Assembly (NCBI GenBank): GCA_051362555.1
Contig: CM120648.1
Location: forward strand, 4,522,587 to 4,586,586
Source of the DNA: Lingula anatina
Taxonomy: Eukaryota; Animalia; Brachiopoda
DNA length: 64,000 nucleotides
Reading direction: 5' to 3'
Part shown: piece by piece, positions 41,601-54,077 of the stretch
Layout of the letters: every line of letters starts with the position of its first letter
Numbering within the stretch: position 1 is the stretch's first letter
Notes under the pieces: model-generated
Database searches by the model: none
What the model saw: the letters and a program-made list of their open reading frames with translations, nothing else
Told to the model about the DNA's origin: nothing
Made by a program: the position numbers and the translations under genes

Positions 41601-41862
41601 CTGTGTGGCTCCTTACAATTAACTGACCTTCAACTACCAAACATGTTTGTTTTCAGTTTTTAAGGCATTATCAAATAATCAAGTAAATAAGTTAGTTGCT
41701 TGATCAATTCACAGAATGTAACAACTGTAAAAAATCTTTTATGAAATTAATCCGCCAACTGACCGGTTTTGCCCAAGGTGCACTGATACTCCCACGTTCT
41801 TTTGGGTCTCTCTTGTTTGTACTGCCATCTGGTGCCATTTTTTTACTGCCCTCACTGCTCAT
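29640..41862 (-). CDS. Gene A: coiled coil - TQT repeats - CARD - TRADD-N-like - coiled coil/RGG - vWA - 2x MIB/HERC2 protein (about 20 exons; last exon uncertain)
   Basis: Exons consistent where phase was checked, from ATG 41862 (MSSEGSKK). CARD exon ~38155-37846 (LEKHKSALVDLVDGDWLAATLQERGYM...QQKVEKTLDVLNNLGDVGFDGLVMAL...QQGLAALL). TRADD-N-like exon ~37601-37179. vWA with LCLDLSGSM, GLSPLGQA and ILIFSDG. MIB/HERC2 GTRVRRGADYYYGDEDG..GTVIG..VGVSWD..YRYG..YDV and GVRVQRGPDWMYKDIDGGPGSKGVV..VRWDNG..RFG..FDL. Confidence 0.8.
31980..32229. mobile_element. Degenerate Harbinger-type MITE (family 1), inverted relative to the 15888 copy in its central part
   Basis: Shares AAGATTAACAC, GGAGGCATGTTAATCTGT and CTGACTG(C/T)ATTCAGC blocks with the 15888 copy. 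Left end TAA|GGGTGCATTCACA. Confidence 0.65.
38390..38580 (-). repeat. Coding 48-bp tandem repeat x4 (16 aa, ILTPSSTQTDLTGASQ) in gene A
   Basis: CCTGTCAAATCTGTCTGTGT(A/G)GAAGATGG occurs four times at 48-bp spacing. ORF 38327-38845(-). Confidence 0.95.
39110..39410. mobile_element. Harbinger-type MITE with ~135-bp TIRs (foldback-like)
   Basis: GACCACATTCACAATGAGTTGAGCC...CTTTACAAATCCTGGAACTAAATATGG is mirrored by CCATATTTAGTTCCAGGATTTGTAAAG...GGCTCAACTCATTGTGAATGCGATC. TAA on both flanks. Confidence 0.88.
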
Positions 41863-42059
41863 TTCACTCAGTGAGGGTGGTTCTATGAAATGAAAGAAAA
41901 TTATTACCAGCATGTTAATGTGACTTTCACATTTATGTCACGAGACATAATTATCTGCGAGTGCAATAAATTTAAGATATTGAAAGTGAAACCATTGAAA
42001 AAACATAATCAGTACAATATATTATGAAATTCTCACATTAAGTTCCATGCATTCCTAAA

Positions 42060-42696
42060 CACTTGGTGACCCCAAAAAGACAAACCAACAAAGATTTTTT
42101 TAAAAACCTCCAAAGGTCCTTTAAATTTCAAGAAATTTGCTGGATTTACACTTGAACTTGTGGATGATTATCCCCCAAATATTCAATTATCTTGGTTGCT
42201 TTGCATAAAAGATATATATATATATATATGTTCTCCTGGAAAAATGATCCCAATGGCCTCTGTGGCATTGGAGGCACAATTGCATACATTGTGCAAAAGT
42301 GTCAATTACTGGAACATTCCTATTTGAGACCTTCACAGATTTTTGTTGTTATTGTTGCTAAGTCGATCAGTTCACCATCTGTTTGAGGGTTGTTCTGGTA
42401 CACACTATTCTTGATCATGAGATAGGCCCACCAATAAGACCAGCAAATGCGATGCCTGCAGCTGGCAGTCAACGTCACACAGTGTGATGATCAGTCACTC
42501 CAGAAATTGTGCTCTCGGTCAGGCTAGGGATCAAGTCTTTTCATGTGTGGGGGGGGCCTTGCTGGTACCACTGTCCATCTATATCTATCCCTCTGCGTCA
42601 TCCCAGGGATGTTCAAAATTTCCTCAGCACTGCTAAATAGTGTTTTTTTTATTTATTTATTTATTTTTTTTTTTTTGGGGGGGGGGGGTTACCCTG
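42060..42696 (-). mobile_element. Decayed Tc1/mariner-superfamily transposon fragment
   Basis: Minus-strand remnants QWYQQGPPPH (cf. WFQQDGAPPH) at ~42573-42545 and YLMIKNSVYQNNPQT (cf. WGYLKxxVYxNxPxT) at ~42425-42380. TA-CAGGGT end at 42698-42691. Reading frame disrupted. Confidence 0.55.
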
Positions 42697-43368
42697 TACA
42701 AAACACACACACACACACACACACCATGCATTCATTTCACACTGCTGTTATATGGTCAATATATGTGGCCCTGTACCGATACTTTATTAACATGATATAT
42801 ACAGTATCATGAAAAAAAAATATATATATTACCCATAAATATATATTTTCTATCTACTGTACCTGGTAATTGACAAAAAAAGTACGTCAGAGGTTGACTA
42901 CAATACTATAGTTGACAGGCTGCATGGTATATACGTACTGGTAATTAATTAGGGACTCCAGTTGAAAATGTTAATCTAAATTCATACGCCTTAAAACCCT
43001 GCTCATGAAACTACTACATAAAATACTACAGTCTACATATACTAGTAGATATACCCTGTACATACTTATGTGCACATGCATATATATGATTATTTTATAC
43101 ATTAGGTGATATATATTAGGTGAATGCGCGAAGAAGCGCACAAAGCACTGGTCATACACTCATTACAACACATTTATGAAGTTTTTAGAAAGTGTGGTTG
43201 ACAGTCACCGTCAATGCTCGGAAACTTGTTCCCTCTAGATAGATTTTTAACCTACATATAATTAAGGAGATATTTTTTTAATGTCTAAAACATATATATT
43301 TATATAAAATACGGATATGTGATTTCCACATGGGTTAGACTGAATAGATAACACAATTTAGTAATTAC

Positions 43369-43550
43369 CTTTAGCTTCCAATCCGCTGATAATGATGCAT
43401 CTGCTTTCACTTCGTGTGACTTTGTTCAAGAAATCATAAACAACAAAATTCCCGCTGCTATAAATAACCTAAGCATGACGTCACTGGAAACCCCCTTGCA
43501 AAGTGAAAGAAACATGGCGAACCAGGCTACTTCCACCAGAAATAATCTTG
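43369..43550. promoter_or_regulatory. Compact bidirectional promoter and first non-coding exons of genes A and B, with TATA, CRE, NF-kB-like and IRF-like motifs
   Basis: Minus donor at 43368 and plus donor GTAAGA at 43551. TATAAATA 43459-43466; TGACGTCA 43476-43483; GGAAACCCCC 43486-43495; AAAGTGAAAG 43500-43509; reverse GAAGTGAAAG ~43403-43413. Confidence 0.55.
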
Positions 43551-44021
43551 GTAAGATTCGTACAAATTAGAATAACTGAACGTTTTTGGCTGAAGCTGAA
43601 ATATACCATCAATCTGTTTTTTGTTGCAACTTTAAGATAATGATAATAATTAGCCCTAAAGCGAATTGTGCCTTTTGCATGCATTCCCTTACTCTGAAAA
43701 TGAATATTATGTGAAATTAGAATATGTGTTTATAACCACTTTGGAATAATGAATGAATTGAGTGAAATAATTTTAAATGATTTTATTTCCGTGAATAAGC
43801 AACAATGTTCATCACATGTACAGTATACACTGTACGTATAGATATAGCTTGGTACAAGTACATGTAGTTGGATCATAGATAAAAAAAAAATATTTAGCAC
43901 ATGCTGAAAATTTTCTTCCTACCTTTCTGTATAGATGTGCATGTGTAGTGGTCAACGCCAGATATTCCGTTGTACCTTTCCAGTCACGTGAACTTATTTG
44001 AAGAAGACTGAAAGGAAAGAA

Positions 44022-44045
44022 ATGTCTCGTTCAGGACGTGTAGGA

Positions 44046-44141
<96 letters not shown>

Positions 44142-46334
44142 ACTGTAACTATTTGCATCCATTATAATGTAATTACAGGTGATGTGTTAATTTCGGTTAT
44201 ATTTCAGTTCACCTGTCTTTTGTCTCAATTTACATATACAGAACTTCAGAGAGAAACTCAGAAACTCCAGAGATTTTTGTCTTCTGTCACCTTTTATGTG
44301 TTCATATGATGTACCTCAAACAAAATTAGTGGTACTAGCATTGAGGTGGATACAGTGAATTGAAAGTACATGACTTTCATAAAAGTATTGTGTTATCAAT
44401 GATCTATTACAGCACACCCCTCCTCTGATGCTGGCCCAGAGACTGGCCAATGCTCACAGGGATGGAGACTCAAGTTTTTTTGCACAGCTTCTGGCAGCTA
44501 GAGAGGGTGGAGGGGGAGAGGTATAGACTAGCTTTTATACAGTATTTATGAGAATAACTTTCAAAACTTTTTTCCTTATAATCAATAGCTACAGTTGTAT
44601 ATGTAAAATACTACCAAAGAATAATGTTCCATTAACCAATTTTTGAGTTTTTCTCTAGTTTTAAAATCTCTTTCATAATAGTAAAACTAGCAGTGACTGA
44701 TCAATTGCACTGTAAACATGGTTAAAATTGATTAAGAGAAATTAAGAACTCCTAAAACTTGGATATATTATATCTTTGCAAACTTTTCTGTACAGTTTGA
44801 TATAAACTGTATTAAGTCATGAAATTTACAGTGAGCAATTCAGTAACTTTTTATTTGGATGAAAAATGTGGCCTATAGATCTAAGCATTTTGATTTATTT
44901 ATTTTTTTAATTTACCAGAAAATATTAAAACAAAAGTGATTTTTGCTGACATATGCTGGGCAAAAATGGTCTGAATTATAAATTTCTTTGGTCAGTTGCT
45001 GTAAATAAGATTTTTTTAAATATTTTCTAAATTATAAACCTTTTTCAAATAAATGCATCTACAAATATGATAAATAATTTATCATATAAGAGTGCGCTCT
45101 CTTTTTCATTCTTTCCTTGACATTTCTCTCAATAATTTTAAATATAAATTTTGTTGACTCCATATCTATTCACAATAATTTATTTTCTGACACCCCAAAT
45201 AGGCAACCTCTGAAAAACTCAATGAGCTTGAAGGGGCAGTAATCAGCCTACGGACGTATGTTGAAACATTGGATGGACAAATAATTAATGTAAAAGAAGA
45301 TTGTTTAAATGTGAAGGGAGAAGTACAGGGTGTTAAAGAGGAGGTGGAAGGTGAGTCATCATAATTTAGAAAGCACTTTTAATGACACTTTCTGTAAAGG
45401 CAAAAAGGCCAGTTTTTGGTATCACAATGAATCAAACAAATTAACCAGGTGATAGGCTAACATTCGTCTGTAGAAACTGGTGAATTGCAATGATTAAAAA
45501 CAGACTGACAAACAAATGAGTAAAAAAATGAAAGTGAAAGCTCACTCATACATGGAGAAACCCAAAATGGTGAGATGTGACAGTTGATTTCATTTTTGAA
45601 TTAAATATTTCTTGTCTGTGATACCATAGTAATCAAAAACAAAAGGTTAAATTAGATATTTTATTTTTAATTTCCTTTACTGACAAGTGTTAATTTTTTT
45701 TTATATTTGCTGACAGAGTTATCTCAGCATGTGCAAAAAGAATCACAGGAACATGACATGATGAAGCTAATACAAGGTTTCCAGGAATTGAGAAAGGATG
45801 TGGTCGAAATAAGGGGTTTACTGGAAGAGTGGAAGGCATGTGGAGATGAAAACTTCTTCAGTGAGGCATCTTCTCAGCAAGGTAATGTATTTGCTAAAAT
45901 AATAATAAATGATAATAACAGCAACAATAATAATAATAATAATTATTATTATTCCCAAACTACAAAACTACAGTATAGTTCACTTATGCAGCAGTGAAAA
46001 ATAAATGTTAGATTTTCTTCGTTACTTTTTCTTATAGAGAACAAGCTGCTAAAATACAATTTTAACCAACATACCTGAATGAGACGGTGCAATTATGAAT
46101 AAATGATAAATCTTTCAGTTACGTATGTAAATAATGTAAGTTTGGAGTATAGACTCCTACAATATAGTACGGAAAGTGAAGTAAAGGTGATCAAATATTA
46201 CAGTAAAATTTAATTGAAAATGTTCTGTTTTAGAAATGTTGGCATGTGGTGGTGTGCCTTGGCTTGCCACTGGAGGCGGTCCAGTACCTGATATACTTAC
46301 CAGTAAGGTAAAGGACAAAAAGTTATGTTTGCCC

Positions 46335-46365
<31 letters not shown>

Positions 46366-47537
46366 ACACACACATGAGATAATAATAAAAAACTCCACAT
46401 ATTTTGGTGAATTTTCCAGAGGGAAACAAGTGATGACAGTGTGAATTGAATATGTGGGTCTTCTTAGGCTTCGTTCATGGATATTCTATTTTCTAAAAAT
46501 CTGTTTTCTATTCGCGGTATATCTTGTGATCACGGTCTGTGCCCTGAATATCCCGCGGCGTAATTAGTGGCAGCGCGAGCCAGTTACTTCCAAAGCTGTA
46601 ATTAATTCTCGGCTGTGCTCGGAAGAGATTCTGATACCTTGACGCATGCGCAGTAGGAAGTTAGAAAGTTAATGGCGGTCGCGGTTGCTTTGAAAAATGT
46701 GTTTGTCGATTTTGTGCAACAACAAGACGAAGAAGATGAAGAAGCTATACACACGACAGATACAAGTGCAACCCTCATGATCCGATGGCAAGCGATGTGG
46801 CAAAGGAGGATGAGATATTATAGAATGCAAGCACAGCCGAGAATTAATTACAGCTTTGTATAAGTAACTGGCTCGCGCTGCCAGTAATTATGCCGCGGGA
46901 TATTCAGGGCACAGACCGTGATCATAAGATACCGCGAATAGAAAATAGATTTTTAGAAAATAGACTTTCCATGTGAACGAAGCCTAAATCTTTTTTCTTT
47001 TGAAATAATTTTTTATTTCCATTTTCCTTGACATTATCCTACACTGTGAGAGCACTGTAATCTTTGATATAATTCTTTAATTCCAGACAATAACTGGGTT
47101 ACCAGATGAAGTGAGCTGGGATGTCTTTTCTCAAGAAGATTTCTCTCCCTGCATTCCCAGGTCAGCTGAAAGACGGTTTGATCCCAGAGAGGATAAATAT
47201 ATACCGGAGACAACTGATCAACAGCTTCGTCTAGAAGGGTAAGGGTTTCCCATTAGAGAAGAGGATAGTCAAATGGCAAATCCAAGATTTTGCTGAGGAT
47301 GACATAAGGATAAAGTTTTTTTGTCTTGCTTTGCTAAGCATTTTATATAGATGATAGACAATGATGATGATATTGTCAGGGGGGACTCTGTTGACAATGA
47401 CAATATGTTACAGGGATGGAAAAATTACTTGATTCTGTCTTGTTTTGCTTTTTATGCTCTTTTTTGGGAGGAAGATGGGAAGAATGGGGTACTTCTTAGC
47501 TAAGGGAAGGGAGGCATTTGGTCCACTGCCTTCCCCC

Positions 47538-47568
<31 letters not shown>

Positions 47569-50500
47569 ACACAAGTGTTACATGTGCTTTTTGATAGTTC
47601 TGATAAGTGTGGCTTTTTAATAGTTGTGATAAGTGTTGTGTTTTATATTGAGGTACATGTATTATCCAGCTTTAGCTTATGGATGTGATGAATTTCATAG
47701 TTTCAATGTTATGCACATATTTGAAAATCAAGGTATTTTTTCCAGAACCCGTGCCACTGATGATCCTACATGTAATAAAGAGTTAAAGGACATACTCAAC
47801 CATGGTGAGCTCTTTTTACCCTGTTAGCATCATATCTTCCTCTTCCTGTAATACTTACGATCTTAGACCCGTGGCTCTGACTCCGGTGCCCATGAAAATT
47901 TTAGAAAAATTAGTTTTAAATTTTATTAAAGAAATTGTGCCAAAAACCTTGGACCCACTGCAATTCGCTTATCGATCTAACAGAAATGTTGAAGATGCAG
48001 TTAATCTGTGCCTACACACTGTACTACAACACTTAAATAACAAAAACTCTTATGCAAGGATTTTATTTATTGACTACAGTTCAGCTTTTAACACAATTCT
48101 GCCAAAAAAACTATATTTGAAACTTTTAAACCATCTTAAGCTACCTGTTTTTATTTGTGACTGGATTTTAGACTTTCTTTTAGATAGAAGACAATCTGTT
48201 AAAGTCAGCTCATTTAGCTCAAAAATAACAGTCTTAAATACCGGTGCACCACAGGGATGCGTCCTTTCACCTTGTCTTTACTCCCTTTTTACTTACGATT
48301 GCACTAGTGTAAGCGATGGGACTTTTCTCATGAAATTTGCAGACGATACTACGCTGGTGGGGCTAGTCACTGATAATGACGAGAGTACATATAGAGAATC
48401 TGTTGAGTCGTTGTTAAGCTGGTGCAAGAGTAATGATCTTATCTTGAACGTAGCTAAAACCAAAGAAATGATAGTGGATTTTAGAAGGAATCAGAATGTA
48501 AAGGTACCACTCACCATTGGTAATGATGAAGTTAGTAGGGTAGAGGAATTTAAACTACTTGGTATACACCTTAACAGTAAATTGAATTGGAAAGATAACA
48601 CCATAAAGAGTGTAAAGAAGGCACGGCAAAGACTGTATTTTTTAAGATCATTGAGAACTTTTACTGATAGTGTGCCTATTTTAGTCAATTTTTATAGGTG
48701 TGTAATTGAAAGCATTCTAGCGTACGGAATTATAATATGGTATAGCGGAACAGCTGGGGAGGAAAGGAAGAAATTAGCAAACGTTGTAAAAACTGCAAGC
48801 AGGATTATCGGGCAAGATCTCCCCAAGCTGGATGATATTTTTAAGGACAGGATGGAGAAAAGAATTGTCAACACCATGAAAGACGCTTTCCATCCTGCAT
48901 CCTCTCTTTTTACTTTTTTACCAAGCAACAGTAGACTTTTAACTTTTAAAGGCAGTAAACGCTTTTTAAACAGCTTTTATCCAAGTGCAGTGACGCATTT
49001 TAATTTGATCTCAAAGCTAAATTCTTAATTTATTTATTTATTGTATTATTTTATTATTTTACTCTGTATATTGCTCCAATGGAAAATGATTTCCGATTTT
49101 TATAATTGGCTAAATAAACTCTTATCTTATCTTATATCTTATAGCAGTTTAATTGAGACGAGAAAATTGAACATCATGAGCTTAATTGTGTGAGACGAAT
49201 CATATTTTAGGCTGCATTGTCTTAGAATAAATGCAAGGATGTTTCGTATATTTGTGAGAAAAAGAGTGATTGTTTTAATCTGTTGTTGTGAGCAGCAGTT
49301 TCACAGTCAAATTTGTAATTACTGTAAGTTACAACCAGCTGTACTGTGAATTAAATTTATCACAATCACATTTGATTTAATGCTGATTTTTAAAATTTTA
49401 GGTCCTATGACGGAGAGGTCTAAGAATATTTTGATAAACTGTAGACTCGTATTGATTAAAGATTTGGAACTTGACCCCCTCTTACCTTACCTGTATGAAG
49501 ACTGTGTTCTTACTGATGTGGATGTGGAAAATCTGGACTCCCTCTCAACCCATCACAAGAAGATTTGTTACTTTTTAGATGAAATACTGCCAAAGAAAAA
49601 GGAAAAAGCATTTTGGGACTTTCGGAGGGCTCTTTTGATATCTGAGCCCCCCAAAAAATTTTTAGCAGATGCACTTGACAAAAAGCTGAGTGAGTATATA
49701 CTCTTGATCCAAGTCTAGAGCTGCAATGTACGTAATTGTTGTATTCTATAGAAATAATATTTGATTCATCAAGACTATTGCATATCACTATTACAGATAA
49801 TTGGATCTGAATACAGAGATTATAAAAAAACACATGTACGTATTATATTTCTTATGTTATGTGTAAATGCAGAAACATTGTTGATTATTTCTAGCATATG
49901 CACTTCAGAATACAATGTATCATGTTTAAAGACATTATAAAAATAATTTTTTAAAATTAATGTTAATAAATATTTTTTATTTCAGGTATTATTTGCTCTG
50001 AATTGGAAACAGAAATTGCACAGCAAATAGCTGAAGACATGGCAGAAGCAAGACCTTTGCGTCATGTGCAAGATGAGATCCATCAGAAGCTACCCCAAAT
50101 GCGCAATGCCTTGCAGGAAAAACTGTGCTACTTGGACTTACATGCTGAGAACATTCGCCAGGGCAGTATAATAATGGATCTAAAATTCTGGAATGTTGAA
50201 CATCTGGACAACTTCTGGGCATGGTGTCACAGCAGCCACCCATCCCCTCTCTCTGCAGCGCTCTCTGATGTCATACTGACAGATGAAGTGAGAGCAATGG
50301 TGCCCAGTGAAGATTTGAGGCTAAGTTTGAGGACATCCATGGATTGGCCTACTTATATGGATGCCAGGCGCCGCCTGCTTCGAGGTAAAAGAAATCTGTT
50401 ACAACAGTCTTTCAATTCTGTCTCAAAATTAAATTTGAATGTTTATATTTATTTAATAGAATGAAGATAATGATCATAAAAATAAATATTATTTATATTA

Positions 50501-53500
50501 TGTACCTCCAAAGACTGTTTATCCTATTTTTAAATCTTTATCATCATTCTCATTCACAGATGCTGCCCCTACTGTCTCTAAGTATGATGATGTTATCTAT
50601 GATGGCAGACGACAAGCTCAGGGGATCCTCACCCATGCGCCATACCATTTTCTGCTCACTGATAAAGAGCTCTCAGACGCCACACCACGGGACCTGGTGA
50701 GAATGGCCTTTGAGGAGGGCTACCTTGACAAAATCCCAATTCTGAAAGAGAAATTTCCTGCAGAACTTCGGGATTTTTCAGACAAAGATATTCGGTTGGA
50801 GAGACTGAGAGATTTGATAAAAATTATGAGGAACAATACGCAGATGATGCTTTCGACTGCTGTGAGTGATCAGAATGAAGTGACCAATCAGCTGCAAGAT
50901 AAAACTAGGGAAGTAGAGACATTAAGGCAACGGGTGGGGAATCTTGAAATGGAGCTTCTGCGGAAAAATGAAGAGATTGCTCGCATGATGAATGCTGCAA
51001 ATATACCAGTTGCTTCAAGAGAACAGGAGGTGTTCGAAGTTGGAGATGAAATTTCAAGGGAAAATGAGCACTTAAAACATGCACTCCAACAGACACGTAA
51101 CACTGTTAACACAGTGAAATCAGAGTGCCAAGACCTTAGAGATCAAGTGAAAAAAAAGGATCAAGAAATAAATGACCTAAGAAGAGAAAAAGAGGAAAGT
51201 ACTGAGAAAATTAAAGGATTAGAGCATTCTATCAGGGCAGCAGATGCCAAAATCAAAAACCTAAATGAACAACTGCAGTGTCAAGATGGTTTGCTTACTC
51301 AGCTGAGGAAAGAGAAAGAGGATGAAGTATGTAAAGCATTGGCCTTCAAAACAGCAGTAGAAGATACCTTGGGTCGCAAACCATTGAGCAAGGAGCAAGA
51401 ACATGATTTCATGTCTTGTGTAAGAAAAATTAGAAAACTCCAAGAAGGCTTAGATTATTTTATAGATGCCATTGAAAGGATTCCTCAAGAAGTTGCAAAT
51501 GAAAATTCAAAAACAGATTACATGTTGGTGGCAAAAATAACACAAAACATTTTGAGCAAATATTTCATTTCTATGCCATCTGATGGTGAGCAAAGAGCAG
51601 GACTTATGCCACCTGGTGGTGAGCGGGGAGCAGTACATGTAGCTAAGCCACCTGGTGGTGAGCATGGAGCACAAGCTAAGCCACCTGGTGGTGAGTATGG
51701 AGCACAAGTTATGCCACCTGGTGGTGAGCATGGAGCACAAGCTAAGCCACCTGGTGGTAACCAAGGAGGGAACAGCTTAATGGATTATGAACAAGGGGAT
51801 GGCATGACAGATAGAAGGGCTGTTGTTTTACCCAGACAACACAATTCAAGGGGTGTGTATAAATATATATCATACTTTGAATTTAAGGTATCCAATCTGG
51901 GATTTTCCCACCAAGCCAAGGATTAAATTGTGTTTTTTTTTTTTTTGACATACCATTTAATAAATCTGTTTTTTATTGGACAGATTCATTATAGGTTTAC
52001 CTTTTTTTCATATTCAAGAACGACTCATTGGAAGCTAGATTTAATTTTTGCACAACCAACAGGAATCATCAGACCTTGCCTGAAAAGAGGCTGGTGGTAT
52101 TTCCTGGCATCATACGAAAAAGCGTGCTAGATTCTGCACATATTTGATAAAATTCTCATATTTTAATGAAATCCTCATAATTGACAGTAATTTAGAAAGG
52201 AAAGATTTGGTTACATTTTCAACTAAATCAAGCTCTCATTATATTTTTTATTAATTTTAATGATTTCTACTGCCTTTTTATTGTGCAACGCGTTTGTGTT
52301 CTCAAATTGCTGTCTAGTTCTGTTATGAAATGACGTATCATGGTTACTTTACAGGTGGTTTATTCAAGAGGAAATCTAGTGGCTTGGACACGGTCTTCTG
52401 TATAGATACATCTGGGAGTATGACAGGGGAGGCATTTACACAGATGAAAGCTGCTATCAATACAATATTACATGGTATGTATTTCATTTAGCTTTAAAGA
52501 TGCATATATATGAAGTCAATTTTTGGTCACAAAAGCCAACCAAATGCCAGCAGAATTACTGAAAGGCGTTGTTTAATTTTACCCGAAAATGATGTTTGAA
52601 CAGATTTTTCTGCTAGCATTCTATGCTTTATGTCAATGGGGCTGAAAAGTAGGTCATGAAAGTAGGTTAAATTTTTGTCCAAAAATTCAAAGAAAGCAGC
52701 AGTCTAAAGCTCTTTTATGGCTGATCAAGTGATCTGTTCAGTTTATCCCTTGGCATGTCAAATTTATTTGAGTTGTATAAGAAACTAGTAGAAGTGGTTT
52801 ACACGTTCCACCGATGCTCGGTTTGTATGTACCGGTACCTTTAAGGACAGGTTGATGGATGTGAATGAGAAAACTCTATCAAATTTTGTAGGCATCATTA
52901 GGAAAGTCAAACAGTGCTTCATAAAGTTTTTGAAGGTAAAAAAGTTTTGAGAAATATATAATTGTTATATTCATATGTGCACTATATACAATGAGAGAGA
53001 GTAGTTTATTATTGTTTTTTTCAAGTGATAAAGTTATAATGTAAATTGCGACATTTTAAGAGAGGTTCCCAAGCCCCTAAATTTGAAGATAGGTCAAACT
53101 ACAGGTATGATGCATCATTGGTCACAAAAACATGTTAAACTTTACTTTCTTCAATAACTGTTCACCTTTATTTATCATGTGTTAAAAAATTACCAATTGT
53201 TAAATCTTTTAAAGAAATGGAAGAGTCCCACTTGATGTACGATGAGCTGGAAGAAGATGTGGCCATTGTGACATTTGGGAAACATGGTGATAACACGGTT
53301 TTAACTCTGACCAATGATTATGAGGCTGTTCGCAGGATGCTGGGTAAGTTAGATACAAACACAGTATGGTGTAATAATAGTCTTAGATACAATTACCAAA
53401 TGCCAAATTTTAAATAATATTGAAATTGGGCTAAGAAAATGTAAATTTGTTCAGTTTCTAGCCAGTTATTCTGCTTTGGGCCAGTGATGAAAGTGGCTGC

Positions 53501-54041
53501 CAATTAACTGCAGAAGTATTGGATGAAATACCATGCAATTTCTCATGGCTATTAATAAGATTGAATTATATTTATATTCATGTTTTACTGGGTTTGAATA
53601 GTATAGTGGTAGACAGTACAAAAAGTCATGTATATACATGAAAAATACAAAAAAGTCAGAAAGGTGTATGATTTACCATCAGACACAATAGACAACTTCA
53701 GCAAGTAAAACGAACTAGTCATATTCCTGTATTTTACAATATATGGTATGTGACAATATTTTATAGTTTTAAACATTTTGCTTGTCTGATATTTCAGAGG
53801 TTCTGAAGCCCGAGGGTATGACACCCATGACCCGGGGGCTGGTAGAGGCACAGAATGAACTACAACGACATTGTGAGTGTTCAGGCACAATTTGGGAGTT
53901 AGGAATTGCAAAGTAGAAATGTGAACAGAGAATTGTTATTTAAATAAAATTTGTGTGCATTAATAGATTTGTATTTAAATATGAATTTTTCCTTCCCTAT
54001 CTCTCTCAACTATCTTTTGTTTTGTGTGCATATGTGTGTGC

Positions 54042-54077
<36 letters not shown>

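Noticed and set aside
46672-46863. 63-aa ORF
   Set aside because: Lies inside the MITE, overlaps its TIR, and has no recognisable domain.
47802-49028. RT ORF as a retron, DGR or domesticated host gene
   Set aside because: Motifs and microsatellite tail match a 5'-truncated LINE. The ORF's ATG is borrowed from a gene B exon/donor and is out of frame with gene B.
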